Part shown: piece after piece, positions 21,570-31,489 of the stretch | Position numbering within the stretch: position 1 is the first letter of the stretch | How the letters are laid out: each line of letters opens with the position of its first letter | Assembly: GCA_016703895.1 (NCBI GenBank) | Contig: JADJBE010000026.1 | Span: forward strand, 320,814 to 384,813 | Length of the DNA: 64,000 nt | Direction: 5' to 3' | Source of the DNA: Pseudomonadota bacterium | GTDB lineage: Bacteria > Pseudomonadota > Gammaproteobacteria > Steroidobacterales > Steroidobacteraceae | Program-made: the position numbers and the translations under genes | The notes under the pieces: generated by a model | What the model was told of the DNA's origin: nothing | The model's input: only the letters and a program-made list of their open reading frames with translations | Database searches by the model: none

Positions 21570-22310
21570 ATGATCTCCTTCGACAACGTTTCCAAACGCT
21601 ACCCCAATCGGCGCGAAGCGCTCACCAATGTCAGTTTTTCGATCGGCGCGGGCGAGATGGTTTTCCTCACTGGTCGCTCCGGCGCGGGCAAGAGCACGGT
21701 TCTGAAACTGATTGCACTCCTGGAACGTCCCACCCGCGGCACAGTAATGGTCAATGGCGTCAATACTGGCGCGCTGCCGTCACGCAAGATTCCGGCGTTT
21801 CGCCGGCAGATCGGCGTGGTGTTTCAGGACCACAAGCTGCTGATGGATCGGCCCGTTTACGACAACGTGGCGCTGCCGCTGGTCGTCGCGGACACGCCGC
21901 TGCGCGAGATCGACAAGCGAGTGCGCGCGTCGCTCGATCAAGTGGGGCTGCGCGGCAAGGAGCGCTCCCTGCCGAGTGAGTTGTCGGTGGGCGAGCAGCA
22001 ACGGGTCGGGATCGCACGCGCCGTTATCACCAAGCCCCGGATACTAATCGCGGATGAACCGACCGGCAATCTCGATCCAGAGCTCGCGATGGAGATCATG
22101 CGTGTCTTCAAACGCTTCCAGGAAGTGGGCGTCGCGGTGCTGGTCGCCTCGCACGACACGCAGTTGATCGATCAATTCGGCCAGCGCGAGATCGTGCTGG
22201 ACGACGGCACGCTGCTCTCGGCCGGCATCGCCGCCACGGCTGAGCAGTTTGCGATGACGGCCAACGCGCCGCGCCCAACGGATCTGCCACACATCGAGGG
22301 TCGACGGTGA
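21570..22310 (+). CDS. ftsE: cell-division ABC transporter ATP-binding protein FtsE
   Basis: MISFDNVSKRYPN, Walker A GRSGAGKST, signature LSVGEQQRV, Walker B ILIADEPT. GTG 21564 is an alternative start. Confidence 0.93.
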   Translation: MISFDNVSKRYPNRREALTNVSFSIGAGEMVFLTGRSGAGKSTVLKLIALLERPTRGTVMVNGVNTGALPSRKIPAFRRQIGVVFQDHKLLMDRPVYDNVALPLVVADTPLREIDKRVRASLDQVGLRGKERSLPSELSVGEQQRVGIARAVITKPRILIADEPTGNLDPELAMEIMRVFKRFQEVGVAVLVASHDTQLIDQFGQREIVLDDGTLLSAGIAATAEQFAMTANAPRPTDLPHIEGRR

Positions 22311-23224
22311 GTAGCTGGCTGACGCGCCATTTGCAGGCATTTCTCGGCGCGCTGGGCCGGCTCGCGCGTATGCCACTGGCCACTATCCTGACGATCACGG
22401 TTATCGGCGTTGCATTTGCAATACCCGTTGCGCTGGCATTGATCGTGCACAACGCGCGCATCGCAACCGGTGATTTTCGCAATGCGATCGACTTTACCGT
22501 GCACTTCAAGCTCGGCACGCCGCTCGCCCGGGTCGAGCAACTCGCCAAACAACTCCGCCAACGCGACGGTATCGACACCGTGATCGTGACACCCGCCGAG
22601 CAGGCACTGGCGGAATTCCGCCGTAACTCGGGGTTCGGCGAAGCACTCGCTGCACTTGATGACAACCCATTGCCGCACCACTTGTTGGTACGGCCCACCG
22701 CCGCGAATGCCGTGCCGACCGAAGTCGAGTCGCTGCGCCGCTATCTTGTGGCGTGGCCGGAAGTCGACATCGTGCAGCTCGACTCCGACTGGGTCAGGCG
22801 GTTCAACGCGATATTGGACGTGCTGCGCCGGGGCCTGTGGGGCGGGATGCTGGTACTCGGTCTTGGAGTGCTGGCGGTGGTTGGCAATACGATCCGGCTG
22901 GAGATCCAGCACCGACGCGCCGAGATCGAGGTGACCAAGCTGGTGGGCGGGTCCAATGCCTTGGTTCGCCGGCCCTTTCTCTACACCGGGGTTCTCTATG
23001 GGTTTGGCGGCGCCGTGCTGGCTGGTGCGCTGGTCTGGGGCGGTGTCACCTATCTCGGCACCTCGGTCGAGGCGCTTGCGTCCCAATATGGCAGCAAGTT
23101 CGAGCTGAGCGGCCTCAGTTGGCGAGATTTTGCCACGTTAGCCGGAGTTGGCAGCATTTTAGGCTGGTTTGGCGCCCTGATCTCGACCGGGCGACAGCTA
23201 CGACGGATTGAACCGCGGGCCTGA
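22307..23224 (+). CDS. ftsX: cell-division permease FtsX
   Basis: 305 aa. GTGA overlap with ftsE. Four TM segments with a periplasmic loop, and a KLVGGSNALVRRPFLYTG motif. Confidence 0.9.
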   Translation: MSSWLTRHLQAFLGALGRLARMPLATILTITVIGVAFAIPVALALIVHNARIATGDFRNAIDFTVHFKLGTPLARVEQLAKQLRQRDGIDTVIVTPAEQALAEFRRNSGFGEALAALDDNPLPHHLLVRPTAANAVPTEVESLRRYLVAWPEVDIVQLDSDWVRRFNAILDVLRRGLWGGMLVLGLGVLAVVGNTIRLEIQHRRAEIEVTKLVGGSNALVRRPFLYTGVLYGFGGAVLAGALVWGGVTYLGTSVEALASQYGSKFELSGLSWRDFATLAGVGSILGWFGALISTGRQLRRIEPRA

Positions 23225-23258
23225 TTGGCGGGACCGAGACGCGGAACTCAGCGCATCT

Positions 23259-23288
23259 TTAGCACTCTAAGTTCGTGACTGCTAAAAT
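23259..23288 (+). promoter_or_regulatory. candidate sigma-70 promoter upstream of rpoH
   Basis: TTAGCA (23259-23264), an 18-nt spacer, then TAAAAT (23283-23288). Followed by the inverted repeat CCAGCT..AGCTGG in the leader. Pattern match only. Confidence 0.3.
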
Positions 23289-23345
23289 AGTCGCGCAGTG
23301 CCAGCTCTGCAGCTGGCGCCCTCTGCACTGAAGGAGAATGATGAG

Positions 23346-24210
23346 ATGACCGCCACAGCCCTGATGACCCGCCATGCCGACCTGGCGCTGACCGGTCCGC
23401 TTGGCAGCTTTGATGCCTATGTGGACCGTGTCAGCCGCATCCCCGTACTTACTCGCGAGGAGGAGCAGGAACTCGCGCATCGCTTTCGCGATGCAGGCGA
23501 CCTGGAGGCAGCGCGCCAACTAGTCCTCTCGCATCTGCGCTTTGTCGTACACATCGCGCGCGGTTATTCGGGCTATGGCCTGCCCCTCGGCGATCTCGTC
23601 CAAGAAGGCAATGTTGGCTTGATGAAAGCGGTGAAGCGCTTCGAGCCTTCGGTGGGCGTGCGCATGGTGTCGTTTGCCGTCCATTGGATCCGTTCCGAAA
23701 TCCACGAGTACGTGCTGCGCAACTGGCGGCTCGTCAAAGTCGCCACGACCAAGGCGCAGCGCAAGCTGTTCTTCAATCTGCGCAAGCGCAAGAAGAACCT
23801 GGCCTGGCTGTCGCACGACGAGACTGCGGCCGTCGCGCGCGATCTGAACGTGTCAGTCGCCGAAGTCACCGAGATGGAAAAGCGCCTCGCGGCGCGGGAT
23901 CTATCCTTCGATCCCGTCCCGGACGCGAGTGACGAGGAAACCTACTCGCCTGGCAGCTACCTGCCTGCGCTCGATGCCGATCCCGCCGAGCAGGTAGAGA
24001 ATGCCGAATGGGAAGCCGCCACCAGCGAGCGTCTCGCGTCGGCCATGCAGACGCTCGACACGCGCAGCCGCGACATCCTGATGAGTCGCTGGAGTGGCGG
24101 AGGAAAAGTCGACGCTGCATGAGCTGGCAGACAAGTACAACGTGTCAGCTGAGCGCATTCGGCAGATCGAAACCAGTGCAATCGGCAAGTTGCGAGCCGT
24201 CTTAACTTAG
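23346..24210 (+). pseudogene. rpoH: RNA polymerase sigma-32 (heat-shock sigma factor), frameshifted before region 4.2 in this sequence
   Basis: ATG 23346 follows AAGGAG. Regions 2-3 are intact, including the RpoB-box-like [10 protein letters not shown]. The frame-A ORF ends ..[16 protein letters not shown] at 24122, but another frame continues [36 protein letters not shown] (region 4.2 HTH) to TAG 24208-24210. A single extra nt near 24093 explains it. Confidence 0.88.
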
Positions 24211-24226
24211 ACGGCTTGGACGCTAC

Positions 24227-24694
24227 ATGCGAACGGTGCGCCAGTGGCTGGATGAATATGGCGCGAGCCACCAGCACCCCACTAACGAACTATTGCACTG
24301 GATCTGCGTCCCGCCCATTGTGCTGACCGTGATCGGCTTTCTGTGGGCACTGCCGGTTCCTGCCGGACTTCGCGCGGCATCGATTTGGTTTAATTGGGGT
24401 ACCGCGGCAATCGCCCTGGCGGTTGCGTACTACACCTGGTTATCGCCACGCTTGGCAATCGGTGCCACCGTTGCCCTGGCTGCCTTGGCAGCGATCGTTG
24501 CGCGGCTCGACGCTCTCACCTGGCCGCTGTGGTCGATTTGCGTCGCTATTTTTGTCGTCGCCTGGATCGGCCAATTTATCGGCCACGCGATCGAGGGCAA
24601 GCGCCCGTCGTTCTTCAAAGACGTCCAGTTCCTGTTGATCGGCCCACTCTGGTTGCTGTCCTTCCTCTATCGTCGCGCCGGCCTCCGCTACTGA
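24227..24694 (+). CDS. DUF962 (Mpo1-like) membrane protein
   Basis: 155 aa. YGASHQHPTNELLHWICVPPIV.. and IGHAIEGKRPSFFKD motifs of the DUF962/YGL010w family. Confidence 0.75.
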   Translation: MRTVRQWLDEYGASHQHPTNELLHWICVPPIVLTVIGFLWALPVPAGLRAASIWFNWGTAAIALAVAYYTWLSPRLAIGATVALAALAAIVARLDALTWPLWSICVAIFVVAWIGQFIGHAIEGKRPSFFKDVQFLLIGPLWLLSFLYRRAGLRY

Positions 24695-25599
24695 GTCGTT
24701 GTTCGTTCCATGCGGGCGGCTTCCTCGAAAACGATCGCGTGCAGTTCAGCAGTCCGCAGTGGCGTGGGGGCATAGCCCCCAGCGAGGGTGATAGCGAGTG
24801 GCATCTGCCGCTCGCGCACGGCTTGCAGGACAAACTGCTCGCGCGCACGAATGCCATCATCACTCAAGGCAAACCGACCATACCGATCACCTGCCGCAAC
24901 ATCGACACCGGCCAGATAAAACACGATATCGGCGCGGCTCGCGGCTAACACTGCTGGCAGGTGTTGCTGCAGCGCTTGCAGATAATCCGCGTCAGTCGTG
25001 CCATCGGGCAAGCCGACGTCACGAGTCGAACGCATCTTGTCGCTCGGGTAATTGCGCTCGCCATGTACCGAGAACGTATACACGTCGGGGTCATTTTCAA
25101 AGATCGCAGCCGTGCCATTGCCTTGATGGACATCGAGATCGATGATCAACGCCCGCTCGCACACGCGCTCGCGCTGCAAGGCGCGAATCGTGACGGCCAC
25201 GTCATTGAGCACACAAAAACCTTCGCCGCGATCAGCGAAAGCATGGTGCGTGCCGCCCGCCAGGTTGCCGCTGAGCCCCGTGCGCAGCGCGTTGCGCGCT
25301 GCATTGAGTGTGCCCTGCACCGCCAGGAGCGAGCGACGCCACAAGGCCGGCGACCAAGGCACGCCGATGCGTCGTTGTTCGGCTGCGGTGAGCGTGCTGT
25401 GCACCAGCTTGGCGAGGTATTCGTCGGTGTGCACACTACGCAGGAGCTCGATGTCGATCGGCTCCGACACGACGAAATCCTGTTCGCTCACCACCAATCG
25501 CTCGAGCAGAATCTGGCGCAACAAGCCGTACTTGCCCATCGGGAATGGATGCCCGTCTGGCAACGGCACGACATAGTCGCTGTGGTGACTTAATTGCAT
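24688..25599 (-). CDS. histone-deacetylase-family (class II-like) deacetylase
   Basis: 303 aa. GGTHHAF, GFCVLNDVA, DLDVHQGNGTA and FSVHGERNYP motifs (zinc-dependent arginase/deacetylase fold). Confidence 0.88.
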   Translation of the reverse strand: MQLSHHSDYVVPLPDGHPFPMGKYGLLRQILLERLVVSEQDFVVSEPIDIELLRSVHTDEYLAKLVHSTLTAAEQRRIGVPWSPALWRRSLLAVQGTLNAARNALRTGLSGNLAGGTHHAFADRGEGFCVLNDVAVTIRALQRERVCERALIIDLDVHQGNGTAAIFENDPDVYTFSVHGERNYPSDKMRSTRDVGLPDGTTDADYLQALQQHLPAVLAASRADIVFYLAGVDVAAGDRYGRFALSDDGIRAREQFVLQAVRERQMPLAITLAGGYAPTPLRTAELHAIVFEEAARMERTTTQ

Positions 25600-25657
25600 G
25601 GCCGTGCCTTATGATGACATGCCCGCTCCACTGCGAGCGGGCGCTGGGGAGATTCTG

Positions 25658-27412
25658 ATGGCCGATACGTTCACTGGCGGCGAGGTCGTCAGCCACGCGC
25701 TGGCGCGGTATGGCGCGCGCACGGTGTTTGCCTTAGCAGGTGCTTCGCACACCCATTTGCTCGACGCGCTCGATCGTGACGGTGTTCGTATTGTCAGCGG
25801 TCGACACGAGTCTGGCGCCATTGGCGCGGCGGATGGCTACGCCCGGATCACGGGCGGCTTGGGTATCGCACTGATTATTGCTGATCAGGGTACGCCAAAT
25901 GCCATCAACGGCATCGCGACGGCTTTCCACGCATGTTCGCCGGTACTCGTGATCATCGCGCGCTTGCCTAACTCCTGGATCGAGGCGGAATCTGAGTACG
26001 ACAACGCCAAGCATCCCCTGGTAAGCACGATTACCAAATGGGCGCGCACTGTGCCGGCGCCCGAACGCCTGGCCGAGTACGTCGATGTGGCAGCCAAACG
26101 CGCGCTGTCCGGTCGGCCTGGCCCGGTGGTCTTGCAGGTGCCACAGGAGTATTTCGCGCAAAGGTTCGCGACGCTCGGAGCCGCGCAACGTCCACCAGCC
26201 ATCAACAGTCGTCCAGCGCCTGATCCGCTGGCTATCCAGGCGGCGGCGGCCTTGTTAGTAGCGGCGCGCCGACCGCTGCTGATTACGGGCGCCGGCGCGG
26301 TTTGGGGTAATGCAGGTGCAGCCGTGAACGCCATGGCAGACGAGTTTGGACTGCCAGTGGCCGGCAACGGACTCGGTCGCGGCCTCGTCGCCGAAGACTG
26401 GCAACGTTCGTTCAACTGGCCGATCATGCAGATCGCCGCGCAGCAGGCGGATGTCGTCTGTGTCATCGGCGCACGCCTCAAGCAACGGCTGGGCTATGGT
26501 CTGCCGCCGCGCTTCGCCGCTGACGCGCGTTTCATTCAGATCGATATCGAGCCAGAGGAATTGTCACGCAATCGGCGTATCGATGTGCCGATTGCGGCCG
26601 ACGCCGGGCTCGCCGCCGCAGCCCTGCTTGCCGCACTGCGCGAGTCTGGACGCGGCGCCGCCCCGCAGCACGATCCTGACTGGGTTTGTAAAGCGCTGAC
26701 GGATCGCCTGCGCTATCTCGACGACTTGCAAGCGCGTTGCGCGGCACCGCAGGCCGCGGGCAATGCGGTCCATCCACTTGCCCTGGGCCGGGAGATCGCC
26801 TCGATCGCACCGCGCGACAGCATTTTCGTCGGCGATGGCGCCGACGTGCAGAACTGGATGTACGGCGCGCTGAAAGTGACCGCGGCGCCTGGCTTCCTTG
26901 ACCACTACCCGATGGGCGCGATGGGTGTCGGCACGCCGCTCGCGGTCGGTGCGGCAGCGGCGGCTCGCGAACTCGCAGAACGAACCGGCCATCCGGCCCG
27001 GCGTGTCGTACTAACGACTGGTGACGGTTCTTTCGGCTTTTACCCGGCCGAGCTGCATGCGGCCGCGGCTGCCGGGTTGCCGTTGGTCGTCATCATCGGC
27101 AATGATGGCGCCTGGGGCACCGAGCTGCATGGTCAGATGCAAGCGATCCAGCGCAGCGTCAACACCGAACTGGGTCTGCAACGCTACGAGTTTATTGGCG
27201 CCGCTTTTGGCTGTCATGCGGAATTCGTGCAGAACCACGGCGAGCTACGGCCCGCTCTCGAGCGCGCCTTCGCTGCCAAAACACCGAGCGTCGTCAATGT
27301 CGTGCTCGATCGCCAAGCCGGCGTGGAACTGAAGCGCGAACCAAAGGCCCGCATGGTCCTGTTCGACGACCTGGCAACCAACCTTGCCACGCTGCATCAA
27401 TTTCCAGGATGA
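25658..27412 (+). CDS. thiamine-diphosphate-dependent enzyme (acetolactate-synthase/benzoylformate-decarboxylase superfamily)
   Basis: ATG 25658 follows GGGGAG. N-terminal Pyr domain (GARTVFALAGASHTHLLDAL..HESGA) and C-terminal PP domain with the TPP motif GDGSFGF.....NDGAWG. Substrate not inferable. Confidence 0.85.
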   Translation: MADTFTGGEVVSHALARYGARTVFALAGASHTHLLDALDRDGVRIVSGRHESGAIGAADGYARITGGLGIALIIADQGTPNAINGIATAFHACSPVLVIIARLPNSWIEAESEYDNAKHPLVSTITKWARTVPAPERLAEYVDVAAKRALSGRPGPVVLQVPQEYFAQRFATLGAAQRPPAINSRPAPDPLAIQAAAALLVAARRPLLITGAGAVWGNAGAAVNAMADEFGLPVAGNGLGRGLVAEDWQRSFNWPIMQIAAQQADVVCVIGARLKQRLGYGLPPRFAADARFIQIDIEPEELSRNRRIDVPIAADAGLAAAALLAALRESGRGAAPQHDPDWVCKALTDRLRYLDDLQARCAAPQAAGNAVHPLALGREIASIAPRDSIFVGDGADVQNWMYGALKVTAAPGFLDHYPMGAMGVGTPLAVGAAAAARELAERTGHPARRVVLTTGDGSFGFYPAELHAAAAAGLPLVVIIGNDGAWGTELHGQMQAIQRSVNTELGLQRYEFIGAAFGCHAEFVQNHGELRPALERAFAAKTPSVVNVVLDRQAGVELKREPKARMVLFDDLATNLATLHQFPG

Positions 27413-27419
27413 TGGACCC

Positions 27420-28769
27420 TTGACTACCATTAATACCGAACCGTATCCGCGCCCCGCCTACGCCTGGTTCGTCGTCGCGGTTCTCTTGCTGGCATATATC
27501 CTGTCGTTCATCGATCGCGACGTACTATCGTTGTTGGTCGGCGAACTCAAGCGGGAAATGAATCTCGACGACAAGGAGATCGGTTGGCTGTTAGGCGCCC
27601 CGTTCGCCCTTTTCTACGCCACTTGCGGCATTTTCATCGCCTGGCTGGCCGACCGCGGCAGCCGCAAGTGGGTGATCTTTGGCGGTGTGGCGCTGTGGAG
27701 CATTGCCACCGTGGCCTGCGGCTTCACTTCGACCTATGCCGAGCTATTCACGGCCCGCATCGGCGTCGCTGTCGGCGAAGCTGCGTTGACGCCACCCGCA
27801 CTGTCGCTGTTGAAGGACTACTTCCCGCCGGAGCGTATTGGCCGCGCGATCGGCTTGTACACAGCCGGAGTGTCGAGCGGTGCCGGCATCGCCAACATTA
27901 TTGGGGGCAGCGTGCTACCAAGCCTGGTAGCAGCGGGCGCTGTCACGGTACCGATTGCCGGCCTGCTCGAGCCCTGGCAGCTCATGTTCGTCGTGGTAGG
28001 CCTGCCTGGAATACTGGTGGCGCTCGTCATTGCGACGATTCGCGAACCGGTGCGACGCGATGCGGGCACCTCTAGTGGAACGCCGGTCTCCATACTCACG
28101 ACGCTGGGTCACTTGCGCAGCCATGCGCGCCTGTTCGTGCCGCTATTTGTCGGTCTCGCCGGTATTGCCATCATGGGCTATGGAGTCAACTACTGGATCC
28201 CTGAGTTTTTTCGCCGTACCTACGCGCTCGACACGGAGGCCTATGGCTACTTCATCCGCTGGCGCGGTGTGTTGTTAGTCACGTTTGGGCTGATCGGGGT
28301 AGTTGGCGGGGGTTGGTTATGCGATGTACTAAGACGTCGCTATGACGACGCCTATCTGCGCGTCGCTTTGATCGGCTTCGCGTTCCTGATTGTGGGTTAC
28401 ACCTTGCTGCCGCTGATGCCAACGCCAGAGCTGGCACTCGCCATGGTCGCGCCGGCAACCTTGGGCGGCGCCATTCCAACAGCCGCTGGCGCTGCGGCAG
28501 TCCTCAGTATCGCGCCCGCCAATATGCGCGCGCAGGTAACGGCGGTGTACTATTTCACTCTGAACACCATCGGCTTTGCGATCGGTCCGATCGCGGTCGC
28601 GTGGCTGACCGAGGACGTTTTCCAGGATGGCAACAAGCTGCGCTACTCGCTCGCCATCGTCGCATTAGTGGCCGCCGCCGCCGGCACCGCGCTTATTGTC
28701 ATGGCGTTACGACCGTACCGTGCGCGCGTGGCACTAATCAGCCCACGCAGCCCGAGCGGCAGCCAATAA
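27420..28769 (+). CDS. MFS transporter
   Basis: Roughly 12 TM. LSFIDRDVLSLLVGELKREM and the MFS loop motif WLADRGSRKWV. TTG 27420 lies 8 nt after the TPP-enzyme stop; the track ORF starts at TTG 27384, so the start is uncertain. Confidence 0.85.
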   Translation: MTTINTEPYPRPAYAWFVVAVLLLAYILSFIDRDVLSLLVGELKREMNLDDKEIGWLLGAPFALFYATCGIFIAWLADRGSRKWVIFGGVALWSIATVACGFTSTYAELFTARIGVAVGEAALTPPALSLLKDYFPPERIGRAIGLYTAGVSSGAGIANIIGGSVLPSLVAAGAVTVPIAGLLEPWQLMFVVVGLPGILVALVIATIREPVRRDAGTSSGTPVSILTTLGHLRSHARLFVPLFVGLAGIAIMGYGVNYWIPEFFRRTYALDTEAYGYFIRWRGVLLVTFGLIGVVGGGWLCDVLRRRYDDAYLRVALIGFAFLIVGYTLLPLMPTPELALAMVAPATLGGAIPTAAGAAAVLSIAPANMRAQVTAVYYFTLNTIGFAIGPIAVAWLTEDVFQDGNKLRYSLAIVALVAAAAGTALIVMALRPYRARVALISPRSPSGSQ

Positions 28770-28807
28770 TCCAACCCTATCACTGCAACGAAAACCGGAA
28801 GAACCTC

Positions 28808-29560
28808 ATGAGCCAAGCCCCTGCGTCGAAGCTGCCCATCCTGCAACGCGATCACAAGAGCGTGATGGGCCGTATCAAGTATCTGTCGAAGAAGCCGGAA
28901 CGGATGGATCAGGAGCGCGGCCGCGAGTATTTCCGCATCGACGTGCACGCGGATGGCACCCGGACCTGCGTCGCGCACACCGAGATCGACGACCGGCCGA
29001 GCGTGATGCGCGACGCGATCTACTCACTCGATAAGAACTGGATGCCGACCGACTGCGCCATGCGACTCTCGGTCGACAGCAAGTTCATGGGCTCGGGCTG
29101 GTTTCGTTTTCATCCCGCGTACGCCGAGTGCGAAACCTGGACCGCGCTCGAGGGCCGTATTTCGCAGCGTATGGATCTGGCCGAGCCCCTCGTTACGTTT
29201 CAAAATCACGCCATCGCCTGCGATGCCTGGCATCTGCGGCTGATCGATCGCCAGCAGCCCGGCAAGGTACAGCGGGTCAAACAGATCCTGTTGTCATCGC
29301 CCGATCACCGTGGTGCCACCGGTCCGCTGCTGTATTCGATCGGGCTCAGCCTGGTGTATGTGGGCCCTGAAAAAGTGACCGTCGAGGCCGGGACGTTTGA
29401 TGCCTGGCACTACCAATTCGTCACCAACCCTGAGTTGCCGCAGGAACACCCGCCGTACGACGTGTGGTGTACGGCAGATGGCGAGTTTCTATTCCTGAAG
29501 GGCGGCGTTGCCGGCTACATGCAGACGCACTACGAGCTGGCAGAACTGACGCGCAGCTAA
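28808..29560 (+). CDS. hypothetical cytoplasmic protein (250 aa), family not recognised
   Basis: ATG 28808 within track ORF 28601..29560. Coding-like composition, no signal peptide or TM. Beta-rich sequence ending ..VTVEAGTFDAWHYQF...YDVWCTADGEFLFLKG. Confidence 0.6.
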   Translation: MSQAPASKLPILQRDHKSVMGRIKYLSKKPERMDQERGREYFRIDVHADGTRTCVAHTEIDDRPSVMRDAIYSLDKNWMPTDCAMRLSVDSKFMGSGWFRFHPAYAECETWTALEGRISQRMDLAEPLVTFQNHAIACDAWHLRLIDRQQPGKVQRVKQILLSSPDHRGATGPLLYSIGLSLVYVGPEKVTVEAGTFDAWHYQFVTNPELPQEHPPYDVWCTADGEFLFLKGGVAGYMQTHYELAELTRS

Positions 29561-29569
29561 CGCGCTCCG

Positions 29570-30146
29570 TTACGGCTCGTAGCCCGTGGCACCACCGACC
29601 GCGTCATCGTAGTTGCCACTCAAGTAATTCGCTACCAGCACAGTTACGCGCTGCAGCATCGCGTTGTCGTGGGCGCCCACCGTCCAGGCCCCTGCCATCG
29701 CGTTAGCGCGCTGATAGAACTCGGGCGTTGCTATCATCTTGCCAGATGGTTGCACTACGATTTTTTGCGTTGATAACAATTTTGCCATCACCCATGAACG
29801 CGCCGGCGAAGAACCGCCCGGCACCAGACGGCTTGTGCAACGTCGTGATCGTGGACTCGATCACCAGCTTGTTAGGAGCCGCGGCGTCCGCTTTGGCATT
29901 CCAGCCACTCAGTATCGACTCGACACTGGCGCGCATGTTTTCGTCAACCTTGGCGAGCACCTTGCCCGCGTTCTTCTTCCCCTCGATACCAGGTTGCAAT
30001 TGAACTGGGGCAAGCTCGTAAGACGAGTAGCCCGCGAGCTTGTTCTCTGGCGGTGGGTTGGGTGGGGCACCGAACGCAGCGACCGCGACCGTGGTACTGA
30101 AAAAGACCGTAGCGACACCACGAAAAATCTTCGAGTTCTTGCGCAT
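29570..30146 (-). pseudogene. secreted hypothetical protein (possibly DUF4410-like), frameshifted at a homopolymer
   Basis: The N-part is ORF 29703..30146 (signal peptide MRKNSKIFRGVATVFFSTTVAVAAFG; ..GAGRFFAGAFMGDGKIVINAK). The C-part is ORF 29570..29824 (..KIVVQPSGKMIATPEFYQRANAMAGAWTVG..). The frames join at the T6 run 29761-29766 (A6 on the coding strand). Confidence 0.6.
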
Positions 30147-30241
30147 GAGTTCTCTCCGAAAAAATCCTGCCAGGCGGCTCCGGACCGCGGCGCGATGATA
30201 GCGTGCTATGGTCGCGGGCTGGCCAGATTTAAAGATCAGTC

Positions 30242-31453
30242 ATGAACGAAATGTGGCGCCAAAGAGGGATCTTGCTTGCCTGTATGGCCGGTGTCGGGTT
30301 ATCGCTTGCGGCGATACCGCCGTTTGTATTGAGCGTGTTCGCTCGACCCATGACCCAGGAATTCGGCTGGTCGTTGCAGACCTACCAGACAGTCAACTTT
30401 TTTATCCCGCTCGGCATCATTTTCGCATCGCCCCTTGGCGGCTACCTGGTTGATCGTTACGGACCGCGCCGCGTGGCCTTGATTGGCATCTTGGCGTTTT
30501 CGGTTGGCATCGCAGGCTTCAGTGTCGTCACCGCCGCGGCCTGGACTTTCTACCTAGTGATGCTGGCGCTGACCTTGTTAGCGTGTGGCATCCTGCCAAT
30601 CACTTGGACGCGCTTGGTCAATACTCATTTCCTTGAGCGACGCGGCCTGGCGCTAGGCCTGACACTCTCGGGCAGTGGAATTGCTGCCATGTTTTTGCCG
30701 AGCCTAACCCAGACGATTATCGATACGGCTGGCTGGCGAACGGCCTGGTTGGTTCTGGCAGCACTACCGGTGCTGATCGCGTGGCCACTTTGCTGGTGGT
30801 TTGTGCGTGATGAGCGGGCGGTGGGCGCCGCCGAGTTGTCTGGCGAGCCGCGCTCGAGCGAACCCCAGTGGGGTGTGACGCTGGCGGCGGCGCTACGCTC
30901 GCGGCAGTTCTGGATTTTGGCCGCAAGCCTGTGTGCGATCCAGGTCTGCCTGGGCGCCTGGACCGCGAATCTCGTGCCAGTACTCATGACCAAAGGCCTC
31001 GATGCGCCTGCGGCTGCCAAGCTCGCCGGCGTCCTGGGTTTGTCCGTGATCATAGGCCGGGTCGGCGCCGGCATGCTGCTCGATCGCTTCTGGGCACCGG
31101 GGATCTGCGCTGCCGTGTTCCTGCTGCCGATCGTAGGTTTTAATATGCTCTATATCGACCAGCCTGCAGTCTGGCAGTTAGCGTTGGCCGTCGCACTGTG
31201 TGGCATCGCGGCCGGTGCTGAGTATGACTTTCTCGCTTACTTTGTCGCCCGGTATTTCGGTTTGGCTAACTACGGCAAGATTTTCTCGCTGATCATTCTG
31301 CCGTTGACCATCGCGACGTCCGCCGGCGCGATCCTGGGCGGCCGGGTGCTGGATGAAACCGGGTCGCTGAATGCTGTCGTTCCGGCGTTTACGATCGCCA
31401 CCTTGTTTGCAGCGGCGCTGCCGCTGGCGCTCGGGCGCTATCCACGACAGTAA
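30242..31453 (+). CDS. MFS transporter
   Basis: 403 aa, about 12 TM, with the loop motif GGYLVDRYGPRRV. Confidence 0.85.
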   Translation: MNEMWRQRGILLACMAGVGLSLAAIPPFVLSVFARPMTQEFGWSLQTYQTVNFFIPLGIIFASPLGGYLVDRYGPRRVALIGILAFSVGIAGFSVVTAAAWTFYLVMLALTLLACGILPITWTRLVNTHFLERRGLALGLTLSGSGIAAMFLPSLTQTIIDTAGWRTAWLVLAALPVLIAWPLCWWFVRDERAVGAAELSGEPRSSEPQWGVTLAAALRSRQFWILAASLCAIQVCLGAWTANLVPVLMTKGLDAPAAAKLAGVLGLSVIIGRVGAGMLLDRFWAPGICAAVFLLPIVGFNMLYIDQPAVWQLALAVALCGIAAGAEYDFLAYFVARYFGLANYGKIFSLIILPLTIATSAGAILGGRVLDETGSLNAVVPAFTIATLFAAALPLALGRYPRQ

Positions 31454-31489
31454 CTATGCGATTCGCAATCTTGCGTTGAGGAGAATTGC

